Shown here in pieces: positions 1 to 8,443 of a stretch of 55,716 nt of DNA; within the stretch, counting starts at the first letter, position 1, and each line of letters starts with the position of its first letter. The notes beneath the pieces were generated by a model, which saw nothing but the letters and a program-made list of their open reading frames with translations, searched no databases and had not been told where the DNA came from. The position numbers and the translations under genes were made by a program. This DNA is from a virus (taxonomy: Duplodnaviria; Caudoviricetes): the IMG/VR virus record IMGVR_UViG_3300025127_000047, positions 1 to 55,716 of that record. One strand, 5' to 3'.

Positions 1-198
1 CTAACAGACTTTAATGATTTAACATTTAGTACAGCTACAATTACTGCAAGAGGTGCTTTAATTTATAACGAAGCTGCATCAAGCGACCCTTCAGTCTGTG
101 TGTTAGATTTTGGTGGAGATAAAACTTCAACAGCAGGTGATTTCACTATTCAATTCCCAACAGCAGATGCATCAAACGCTATTATAAGAATAGCTTAA
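1..198 (+). CDS. 5'-truncated phage virion structural protein (...TITARGALIYN...VLDFGGDKTSTAGDFTIQFPTADASNAIIRIA)
   Basis: Open frame 1 from the window start to TAA 196-198, read manually; directly precedes the tail genes. Confidence 0.75.
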   Translation, partial: LTDFNDLTFSTATITARGALIYNEAASSDPSVCVLDFGGDKTSTAGDFTIQFPTADASNAIIRIA

Positions 199-202
199 AC
201 AA

Positions 203-961
203 ATGTCTGTCGGCTGGGGTCGTGGCTCTTGGGGTTCTGATGTATGGGGCGGAACTTCTGTATCCATATCAGTAACAGGACTTAGTGCCACATCTGGTCT
301 TGGCAATGAAACTGTAGTAGCTAAAGCTATAGTAGCTGTTACAGGTCTTGCAGGTACATCATCATTAGGAAATGAAACAGTAATAGCAAAAGCTTTAGTT
401 AGTGTAACTGGAGTAAATGCTACATCATCACTAGGAAATGAATCTGTAATAGCTAAAGCTAATGTTTCTGCAACAGGTAATGTTGGTACATCAACACTAG
501 GAAACGAAACTGTTTCAGCTGATGCAAATACAACAACAACAGGATTAGCAGGTACTTCAGCATTAGGTAACGCTATAACAGCAGGTGCTGCAGTAACAGG
601 TGTATCTGGTTCTGCTTCAGTAGGAACGCTTGGTGATGAATCAGTTTCTGCAGGAGCAACAGTATCTCCAACAGGTTTATCTGCAACTAGCGGATTAGGA
701 AGTATAAGTTTAGTTACTAATAATATACTTTCAGTAACAGGACTAAAAGGAACAACAAGTTTAGGTTCTGTAACTACAATAGCAAAAGCTATTATATTAC
801 CAACAGGTGTAAGTGCTATAGGACAAACACAAACAGTTAATATTTGGAGTTTAGTAAATGATAGTCAGACACCTAATTGGGCAAACATAGATGATACACA
901 AACACCAAATTATAGTAATATAAATACTACTCAAACCCCAGATTGGGAAGAAGTAGCTTAA
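203..961 (+). CDS. Virion/tail structural protein with ~19-aa Gly/Ser/Thr/Val repeats
   Basis: Repeating VTGLxATSSLGNExVxAKA units; WG-rich N-terminus; structural context. Confidence 0.7.
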   Translation: MSVGWGRGSWGSDVWGGTSVSISVTGLSATSGLGNETVVAKAIVAVTGLAGTSSLGNETVIAKALVSVTGVNATSSLGNESVIAKANVSATGNVGTSTLGNETVSADANTTTTGLAGTSALGNAITAGAAVTGVSGSASVGTLGDESVSAGATVSPTGLSATSGLGSISLVTNNILSVTGLKGTTSLGSVTTIAKAIILPTGVSAIGQTQTVNIWSLVNDSQTPNWANIDDTQTPNYSNINTTQTPDWEEVA

Positions 962-975
962 TATAGGAATAAAAT

Positions 976-3909
976 ATGGCAACATATGTAAATGATTTAA
1001 GATTAAAAGAAATAGCAACTGGTGATGAGTCAGGTACTTGGGGTACTTCCACAAATACTAACTTAGAATTAATTGCAGAAGCATTTAGTTATGCAACTGA
1101 AGCTTCTTTTGGTAGTGATGCAGATGCAACAACTACTATAGCTGATGGTGCTACAGACCCAGCAAGAAGTTTATATTTTAAAGTAACTTCTGGTGCTAGT
1201 TTAACAGCAACTAGAACACTTACTATTGCACCAAATACAGTATCTAAAGTTTGGATTATAGAAAATGCAACTTCAGGTTCACAATCAATTAACATATCCC
1301 AAGGTAGTGGTGCTAATGTAACTATACCTAATGGTGATGTAAAAGTAGTTTATTCAGATGGAGCAGGTTCAGGAGCAGCAGTTGTTGATGCTTTTACTGA
1401 TATAAATTTATCAAGTGTTTCAAATATAAATGGCGTATCTATTCTTGCTGATACTACAAACTTTACTAATAGTATTTTAATAAAACAAGATACAACTACA
1501 GGTACTTTATCAAGTGCTAGTAGCAATACAGGTCTAGGTGATAGCGTATTCTTAAATCTTACTTCTGGTACTAATAACACAGGAGTTGGTACTGATGCTT
1601 TATTAGCTGTTACTACAGGTACAGAAAATACTGTAATGGGTAAAGGTGCTGGTGATGCAATCACAACTGGTGGCTATAACACAGCTGTAGGAACAGATGC
1701 ATTAGGAGCTAACACAACAGCAACTTTTAACACAGCCATAGGCAGAAATGCTTTATTAGTTAATACAACAGGTGGTTCTAATGTCGCTGTTGGTGGTCAA
1801 GCACTAGATGCTAATACAACAGCTTCAAACAACACCGCAGTTGGAACTTCTGCTTTAAGTGCGAATACCACAGGTGCAGGTAACGTGGCTGTTGGTGGTA
1901 GTGCTTTAGCAGCTAACACTACTTCTGATAACAATGTTTCAGTTGGATATGATGCTCTTGCATCTAATACTACAGGTGGACCAAATACTGCAGTTGGTAA
2001 AGGGTCTTTAAATGCAAACACAACTGGAGATAATAATACTGGTTTAGGTAGAGCAGCTTTAGGTAATAATACTACAGGCGGTAATAACACAGCAGTCGGT
2101 CATTTTGCTTTATTAACAAACACTACAGGTTCTGAATTAGTTGCTGTTGGTAAAGGTGCTTTAGATGCTAATACCACTGGTGCTAATATGGTAGCTGTTG
2201 GTAATAATGCTCTTGGTGCTAATACAACAGGTGTTCAACAAGTAGCTGTTGGTGATGGTGCATTAGCTGCAAATACTACAGGTAATTATAACCACGCTAT
2301 AGGTCAAGGTGTTTTAGATGCTACAACAACAGGAAGTAACAATACAGGTTTAGGTGCTTATGCACTTTCAGCTAATACTACAGCAGATAACAATACTGCT
2401 GTTGGTTATCACGCATTGCTTGACAATACTACAGGCACAGATAATGTGGCTATGGGTGTTTTGGCACTTGAAAATAATACGACAGGAACCAATAATGTTG
2501 GTTTGGGTAGAGAAGCTCTAGGGGCAAATACCACATCCAGTAACAATACAGCAGTTGGTTATCAGGCTTTATTAGTAAATACTGGTACTGATGGTAGAAA
2601 TAATACATCAGTAGGTACTTCATCAATGGATGCTAATACATCTGGTAAAAATAATGTAGCAGTTGGACATGATGCTTTAGGTGCCAATACCACCGCAGAT
2701 AATAATACAGCAGTAGGTAAAGATGCCTTATTAGCAAACACTACAGGAACACCAAACACAGCAGTTGGTCAAAATGCTTTAGCAGCAAATACAACAGGTG
2801 GTTCAAATATTGCTATGGGTAAAGGTGCATTAGATGCTAATACAACTGGCGGTAGTAATACAGCTATAGGTACTGATGCATTAACAGCTTGTACTACAGG
2901 CTCTAGTAACGTAGCTGTGGGTAAAGGAGCTTTAGTAACTTCAACTACACAAGGTACAAACGTAGCAGTTGGATTCCAAGCAGCACAAGATGTAGTTACA
3001 ACTGGAATTACAGCTATCGGTTATCAATCTTGCTTAAATACCACAACAGGTTACGATAATTCTTGCGTTGGTACTAATACTATGTTTTCAAATACTACAG
3101 GACATAGTAACGTAGCTGTTGGTTATCATGCTATGTATTCTAATTCTACAGGACTTTATAATATTGGTATCGGTGCTGCTGCTTTAGATGCCGCAACTAC
3201 CGCAAATAATAACGTAGCTGTCGGCTATACCGCACTTACAGACTGTACTACAGGTACAGGTAATGTTGCTATTAGTATTGCCGCACCAAATATTACTACA
3301 GGAAGCGATAATGTTGCTATAGGTTCTGAAGCTATGGAAGATGCAACAACGGCTTCTGATAATACTTGTGTAGGCAGATTAGCAGGACAAAGTTTAACTT
3401 CTGCTACTAACAACTTATTGCTTGGACACCATGCAGGTAGGTCAGATTCACCAGGAGGTAATTTTACTACACATAGTAATAGAATTAATCTTGGCGACAA
3501 CAGTATTATTGAAGCAGCAATTAAAGTTTCTTGGACAGTTACATCAGATAAAAGAGATAAAGCAGATGTTGAGCCATTAAAAATGGGATTAGATTTTGTA
3601 AATAAATTAGAACCTGTTACTTATAGATGGGATATGAGGTCAGATTATAGTCTTGATTTAGATATAACTCCTGATGGAACTCATAAAAAAGCAAAACTAC
3701 ATGGTGGTTTATTAGCACAAGATGTGGAAGAACTTGAAAGAGATTATGGGTATAAAGTAGAAAATGAAACTTCTATTGTTACAAGTAAAAATGCAGATGG
3801 TAATTATGGATTACAATATGAAAAATTTGTACCTATACTCATAAATGCAGTAAAAGAACTTTCATCACAAGTAGATGAATTAAAAGCTAAATTAAACGAA
3901 GGAGAATAA
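976..3909 (+). CDS. Tail fibre/spike with ~14-aa NTAVGxxALxxNTT repeats and C-terminal intramolecular chaperone (peptidase S74-like)
   Basis: Dozens of N(T/V)AVG..AL..NTTG repeats; TSDKRDK...L.PVTYRW...GLLAQDVE...LINAVKEL chaperone signature. Confidence 0.88.
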   Translation: MATYVNDLRLKEIATGDESGTWGTSTNTNLELIAEAFSYATEASFGSDADATTTIADGATDPARSLYFKVTSGASLTATRTLTIAPNTVSKVWIIENATSGSQSINISQGSGANVTIPNGDVKVVYSDGAGSGAAVVDAFTDINLSSVSNINGVSILADTTNFTNSILIKQDTTTGTLSSASSNTGLGDSVFLNLTSGTNNTGVGTDALLAVTTGTENTVMGKGAGDAITTGGYNTAVGTDALGANTTATFNTAIGRNALLVNTTGGSNVAVGGQALDANTTASNNTAVGTSALSANTTGAGNVAVGGSALAANTTSDNNVSVGYDALASNTTGGPNTAVGKGSLNANTTGDNNTGLGRAALGNNTTGGNNTAVGHFALLTNTTGSELVAVGKGALDANTTGANMVAVGNNALGANTTGVQQVAVGDGALAANTTGNYNHAIGQGVLDATTTGSNNTGLGAYALSANTTADNNTAVGYHALLDNTTGTDNVAMGVLALENNTTGTNNVGLGREALGANTTSSNNTAVGYQALLVNTGTDGRNNTSVGTSSMDANTSGKNNVAVGHDALGANTTADNNTAVGKDALLANTTGTPNTAVGQNALAANTTGGSNIAMGKGALDANTTGGSNTAIGTDALTACTTGSSNVAVGKGALVTSTTQGTNVAVGFQAAQDVVTTGITAIGYQSCLNTTTGYDNSCVGTNTMFSNTTGHSNVAVGYHAMYSNSTGLYNIGIGAAALDAATTANNNVAVGYTALTDCTTGTGNVAISIAAPNITTGSDNVAIGSEAMEDATTASDNTCVGRLAGQSLTSATNNLLLGHHAGRSDSPGGNFTTHSNRINLGDNSIIEAAIKVSWTVTSDKRDKADVEPLKMGLDFVNKLEPVTYRWDMRSDYSLDLDITPDGTHKKAKLHGGLLAQDVEELERDYGYKVENETSIVTSKNADGNYGLQYEKFVPILINAVKELSSQVDELKAKLNEGE

Positions 3910-3910
3910 T

Positions 3911-4198
3911 ATGGCACAAACAGTAAGCGAAGTCTTAACATCAGCTATGGATAGCGTAACATTAATAAATAATATTAATACCAATGCTTCTGCTGTAGCA
4001 GAACTTGCAGGTTTATCACAATCTGAAATTAATGATGTAGTAAGCAGAAACGTAGAACATTTAGAAACTATTTTAACTTATGCACCTGTTGATTCAGATG
4101 ACCCTAGACCTAATGTAGTAGGTTCATCTAGTAGTAAAAAAACTGATTGTACTAATGCTATTAATACAGGTAAAGCTTATATAGCAGCAAATAGTTAA
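3911..4198 (+). CDS. Tail-fibre-associated small protein
   Basis: ORF with GGAG RBS directly after the fibre gene. Confidence 0.6.
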   Translation: MAQTVSEVLTSAMDSVTLINNINTNASAVAELAGLSQSEINDVVSRNVEHLETILTYAPVDSDDPRPNVVGSSSSKKTDCTNAINTGKAYIAANS

Positions 4199-4200
4199 TC

Positions 4201-4416
4201 ATGGCAAATAAAAAAGAAACTGTTGAAATTGAATTAACACCTCAACAGCAAAACATACAGTTACACATCAATAGTTTAACTAAAAAAATATCACAACATC
4301 AGTTTGAAATTGATGAGCTTATGCCTAGTTTAAATATGTATCAAGAAGCTTTGGCAGAAAGCATGAAAGAGCAAGTTAATAATAATCCAAAGGAGGATAA
4401 AAATGACAACAATTAA
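4201..4416 (+). CDS. Small coiled-coil hypothetical protein
   Basis: ORF track; tight packing. Confidence 0.6.
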   Translation: MANKKETVEIELTPQQQNIQLHINSLTKKISQHQFEIDELMPSLNMYQEALAESMKEQVNNNPKEDKNDNN

Positions 4417-4564
4417 TGTATTAATGTGGGTAACTGCAATTATATCTATAGCTTCTGTTATAGCAGCAATAACACCAACTCCAAAAGATGACCATTGGTT
4501 TAGTTACTTGTATAAAGTAATTGACTGGTGTGCATTAAATGTACTTAAAGCAAAGGACAAATAA
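4403..4564 (+). CDS. Small membrane protein, holin-like (MTTINVLMWVTAIISIASVIAAITPTPKDD...)
   Basis: 53-aa ORF read manually; AGGAGG RBS at 4391; N-terminal hydrophobic helix followed by TPTPKDD. Confidence 0.65.
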   Translation: MTTINVLMWVTAIISIASVIAAITPTPKDDHWFSYLYKVIDWCALNVLKAKDK

Positions 4565-4740
4565 TGAGTTGGTTAGAAAAAATGTGGAGCAAAGTTACTG
4601 GAACTGAAAAAGTAAAAGTAAGAGCTAGAAATAAAAAAGGACATTATGTAGCTGATGATAAATCAACACCAAATGTAGATGAAGCTTGGACTACTAAAAG
4701 AGTAAAGAAAAAGAAAAACTTTACTGATAATAGTGGCTAA
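4564..4740 (+). CDS. Small basic hypothetical protein (RARNKKGHYVADDKSTPNVDEAW)
   Basis: 58-aa ORF read manually; TAATG coupling with the upstream gene. Confidence 0.65.
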   Translation: MSWLEKMWSKVTGTEKVKVRARNKKGHYVADDKSTPNVDEAWTTKRVKKKKNFTDNSG

Positions 4741-5113
4741 ATCTCCTGATGCGTTTGTTTATAACGCTACATTAGAACGAATTGTAGATGGAGACACATT
4801 TGATTGTTGTCTTGATTTAGGCTTTGATGTAAGGCTACATAAACAGCGTGTTAGACTTGCAGGTATTGATACACCTGAAAGTAGGACTAGAGATTTAGCA
4901 GAAAAAAAATTAGGTCTTGCTGCAAAAGAAAGACTTAAAGAACTTTGTACAGGAAAAATAAAAGTTAAATCTTTAGGCAAAGGAAAGTATGGTCGTATAT
5001 TAGGCATACCTTATACAGAAGATGGCAAAGATATTTGTAAATTATTAATTAAAGAAGGTCATGCTGTTGAATATCATGGAGGAAAAAAAGTTAAAGTTTG
5101 GGGTGATTATTAA
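4733..5113 (+). CDS. Thermonuclease (SNase-like) family nuclease
   Basis: RIVDGDT, RVRLAGIDTPE and GKYGRILG motifs. Confidence 0.9.
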   Translation: MAKSPDAFVYNATLERIVDGDTFDCCLDLGFDVRLHKQRVRLAGIDTPESRTRDLAEKKLGLAAKERLKELCTGKIKVKSLGKGKYGRILGIPYTEDGKDICKLLIKEGHAVEYHGGKKVKVWGDY

Positions 5114-5463
5114 TGGAGTCAGCCGTTACTTTAATTCAAGAAGTTGGATTTCCTATTGCAGCCGCACTTGGTCTTGGTTGGTTTATTTATAAACTTATTA
5201 TGCGTATTGTTGATGGTATGGAAACTAAATTAGATACTGTTGATGAAAAAGTAGAATCACAAATAGCAGCAATAGAAGAACGATTAGGTACAAAACTTGA
5301 TGCACAACACGGCATTTTAGTAGCATTGATAGATAGAGTTCGTAGTTTAGATAACGAAATTATAAGACAAGATACTTTAATAAAAACAATATTAGGAGTA
5401 CCTAATTTAATTGATAGTGGAAAAATAGCAAAGGCAGGTAGAGATGACCAAAGAAAAGACTAA
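5113..5463 (+). CDS. Membrane-anchored coiled-coil protein, probable first gene of the curli-like operon
   Basis: N-terminal VGFPIAAALGLGWFIY hydrophobic segment; overlaps the csgF-like gene. Confidence 0.65.
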   Translation: MESAVTLIQEVGFPIAAALGLGWFIYKLIMRIVDGMETKLDTVDEKVESQIAAIEERLGTKLDAQHGILVALIDRVRSLDNEIIRQDTLIKTILGVPNLIDSGKIAKAGRDDQRKD

Positions 5464-5926
5464 TATTTGGATATATAGAATAGCATTTGGCTTACTTGTT
5501 TTATTTGGATTGCTTATATTAACTAATCCTTTATGGGCAGACCAAATAGTACACAAGTTTAAATCTCCTAGCTTTAGTGGCATTGGAACATCAAGTCATT
5601 ACCTTACAATAGAAAATCAACAATATACTAGAAAGCTTACAATTAAAGAAGAAATAAAAGCTTTGCAAGAAGAAATAGAAAGAGAAAAAGAAAATTCAAC
5701 TCTCGCAAGATTTTTGCGTAATTTAGAGTCTAGGGTATATGCAGAATTATCAAGACAACTTGTAAATAATCTTTTTGGCGAAACACCATCTGACTCTGGA
5801 ACTATAACATTAGAAGGAAACACCATTGAATATACAAGTGATGGTGTAACATTAACATTAAAAATAACGGAAGCCGATGGAACAGTTACTGAAATTACGA
5901 TACCTATTGGTACTTTTTTGTTCTAG
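5444..5926 (+). CDS. csgF: Curli assembly protein CsgF homologue
   Basis: Signal peptide then HKFKSPSFSG (CsgF F.NP.FGG-like), F...LESR...LS..L...LFG, C-terminal TEITIP. Confidence 0.82.
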   Translation: MTKEKTNIWIYRIAFGLLVLFGLLILTNPLWADQIVHKFKSPSFSGIGTSSHYLTIENQQYTRKLTIKEEIKALQEEIEREKENSTLARFLRNLESRVYAELSRQLVNNLFGETPSDSGTITLEGNTIEYTSDGVTLTLKITEADGTVTEITIPIGTFLF

Positions 5927-6749
5927 CTGTTCTATATTTAATCAGATTGAAGATACTTATGAACATAGGTTTCAAAAACATAATGTAGTTAATATATCTG
6001 AATTACAATCACAAGAACTTGCTAATGTACCAAAACCAAAAATAAAACCAGTTGTAGCTGTATATCCTACAGCTTTTACAGACCAAACAGGTCAGCGTAA
6101 AAGTAATAGTGAGTTTGCTTTATTTAGCACAGCTATAACACAACAACCTAACGCATTACTTATACGAGCTTTAAAACACGCAGGTAATGGTGATTTTTTT
6201 ACAGTAGTTGAAAGAGTAGGTTTAGATAATTTAACAAAAGAAAGACAGTTAATAAGGTCAGCTAGAGAACAATCTGTATCAGATGAAGAAAAGAAAAAAC
6301 AATTAAGACCTTTATTATTTGCAGGAGTTTTAATCGAAGGTGCTGTTATTGCCTATGAAAGCAATCTTTCTACAGGAGGTGTTGGGGCTAGATATTTAGG
6401 TATTGGCTCTAGTATTCAATATAGAGAAGATAGCGTTACAGTAACCTTACGCATGGTATCAGTAGCCACAGGTGAAATACTTATAGAAGTAATGACTGAA
6501 AAAACTATATTTAGTTATGGTAAATCAGAAGATGTATTTCGTTTTATTGAAATGGGCACAGAGCTTGTTGAAATTGAATTGGGTAATTCAAGGAACGAGT
6601 CAACAACATTAGCACTTATGAAAGCTATAGAAAGTGCTGTGTTGGAAATAATTAATGTCGGATACGACAGGAGTTTTTGGAAATATGAAGAAAATAAAAT
6701 TAATAAGCCTGATTGTGATGATGAGTGCATTGCCAACATACGGGGCTGA
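5877..6749 (+). CDS. csgG: Curli secretion channel CsgG homologue (outer-membrane lipoprotein)
   Basis: Lipobox-like LFCSSC; VAVY..F.DQTGQRK, FSTAITQ, F.VVER.GLDNLTKERQLIR, LRMVSVATGEIL motifs. Confidence 0.92.
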   Translation: MEQLLKLRYLLVLFCSSCSIFNQIEDTYEHRFQKHNVVNISELQSQELANVPKPKIKPVVAVYPTAFTDQTGQRKSNSEFALFSTAITQQPNALLIRALKHAGNGDFFTVVERVGLDNLTKERQLIRSAREQSVSDEEKKKQLRPLLFAGVLIEGAVIAYESNLSTGGVGARYLGIGSSIQYREDSVTVTLRMVSVATGEILIEVMTEKTIFSYGKSEDVFRFIEMGTELVEIELGNSRNESTTLALMKAIESAVLEIINVGYDRSFWKYEENKINKPDCDDECIANIRG

Positions 6750-7416
6750 TAATGAAATTTATGTAGACCAATCTGGTACTGGTGCTAATATAGACCTAGA
6801 ACAACTAGGTATATCTAATATTATAGGAGGTTTAAATTCTACAGCAGGTAGTCTTAATCCTTTTGATTTAGATGGTAATAGTATGACACTAGATATTAAT
6901 ATGATTGGTGCAACTAATAAGTTTCTTGGTGATATATATGCTGATAACTTTACAGGATTTTATCAATTTACCGGTGGTACAAATTCTTTTACAATTCAAG
7001 TAGACCCTACAGATTCATACAGTTCAGATGGCTCTAATCAAAATGTAGCTGTTACTGGTAGCGGTAATACTTTTACATTAAATCAAGGAACATCAGCTAT
7101 AGCTGCATCACTAGATTTAGATTGGATAATACAAGGCTCTAATAACACAGTTACTTCAAATATAAATATTGATGGTGCAACTAACTATATGGATATAGAT
7201 GGTTCTGATAATACAGTTACTTATACAGGTACTGGAGTCAATGCATCAGCAGGTGGATATTTTTGGTTAGACCATACTGGAGGTTCAAGAACATTTAATA
7301 TTTCACAATTAAGTACCCAAGATAATGACTGGCTTAAAATCATATCCGTTTCTGGCACTTCTGCTTCTACTGTTTGCGTCATTCAAAACGACCAAGGTAC
7401 AAGCACAAGCTGCTAA
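6685..7416 (+). CDS. Secreted curlin-like (CsgA/CsgB-type) beta-repeat protein
   Basis: Signal peptide MKKIKLISLIVMMSALPTYG; NEIYVDQSG and repeated xxGxxNxhxh units; follows csgG; start moved to ATG 6685. Confidence 0.7.
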   Translation: MKKIKLISLIVMMSALPTYGADNEIYVDQSGTGANIDLEQLGISNIIGGLNSTAGSLNPFDLDGNSMTLDINMIGATNKFLGDIYADNFTGFYQFTGGTNSFTIQVDPTDSYSSDGSNQNVAVTGSGNTFTLNQGTSAIAASLDLDWIIQGSNNTVTSNINIDGATNYMDIDGSDNTVTYTGTGVNASAGGYFWLDHTGGSRTFNISQLSTQDNDWLKIISVSGTSASTVCVIQNDQGTSTSC

Positions 7417-8443
7417 TATTGGAGATATATCAGAACTTAATGGTGTAGCTCAAATAGTAAGAGATAAGCCTTATGAAGCTAATTTAAAATTTGCTATACA
7501 AAGTAATGATGAAGCTATTACTACGAATGGTAGAATGGCTATTACTTTTTTAGATGACTCTGTTGTAAAACTTACAGAACATTCACAATTATTAATTGAT
7601 GAATATATTTATGACCCAGACCCAAGTAAATCTAAAATGGCTATTACTTTTGGTTTGGGCACAGCTAGGTTTATAACTGGTAACTTAAACCGCATAGATA
7701 AACAAAACATATCTCTTAAAACACCTACAGCAAATATAGCTATTAGAGGTACAGATTTTACAGCTACAGTAGATGAATTAGGTCGTAGCCTTATAATACT
7801 TCTACCAGATGCTCTAGGGCTTTCTAGCGGTGAAATAGAAGTAGTTACTGCTATGGGTACTGTTGTATTAAATAAACCTTATGAAGCGACTACAGTAAGC
7901 GTATTTGAGTCTGCTCCAACTAAACCTGTAATATTAGATTTAACTTTAGATGTAATAGACAATATGCTTATTGTTACACCACCTAAAGAAGAAGTATTAG
8001 TAGAAGAAGAAAGTACATCAACTAAAACAGATAGTGTATTAGATTTTAATGATTTAGATATAGATTATTTAGCAGAAGATTTTTTTGCAGAAGATAATTT
8101 AGAATATACAGAACTTGATATAAATTATTTAGATGTAAATTATCTTGAAGATTTATTAAATGTTTTAGATGCTTTAGCTATTAAAGAAGATGAAGATGCT
8201 TTAGCTGAAGCTACAAGTACACAAATAACAGGAACACTATTAGGTAAAGACCCAGATACACAAATAACTACATTAATAACAGGTAATGTTATAAGTTTGC
8301 GTAGAAGTGTTAATGAGTCAGTAAGGTTAGATTTAGATGGAAGTAACGCTTATACAGTAATATTTATACAAGATGGTATATCAAATGTTGTAAAAATTAA
8401 TGGAGGAAGTGATAGCACTATTACTATTACTCAAAGTGATTGA
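7325..8443 (+). CDS. Periplasmic FecR-domain protein with acidic linker and beta-repeat C-terminus
   Basis: Signal peptide; D.I.T.NGRM.I.F.D.S.V.L.E.S.L.ID, TPTANIAIRGTDF, G.IEV FecR motifs. Confidence 0.85.
   Translation: MTGLKSYPFLALLLLLFASFKTTKVQAQAANIGDISELNGVAQIVRDKPYEANLKFAIQSNDEAITTNGRMAITFLDDSVVKLTEHSQLLIDEYIYDPDPSKSKMAITFGLGTARFITGNLNRIDKQNISLKTPTANIAIRGTDFTATVDELGRSLIILLPDALGLSSGEIEVVTAMGTVVLNKPYEATTVSVFESAPTKPVILDLTLDVIDNMLIVTPPKEEVLVEEESTSTKTDSVLDFNDLDIDYLAEDFFAEDNLEYTELDINYLDVNYLEDLLNVLDALAIKEDEDALAEATSTQITGTLLGKDPDTQITTLITGNVISLRRSVNESVRLDLDGSNAYTVIFIQDGISNVVKINGGSDSTITITQSD

Noticed and set aside
1089-3500. Several minus-strand ORFs inside the tail fibre gene
   Set aside because: Antisense shadows of a repetitive Thr/Ala/Gly/Asn-rich gene; the same applies to other antisense ORFs within long genes
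976-3909. Tail fibre as a diversity-generating retroelement target
   Set aside because: No reverse transcriptase and no template/variable repeat pair seen; the C-terminus is a chaperone domain
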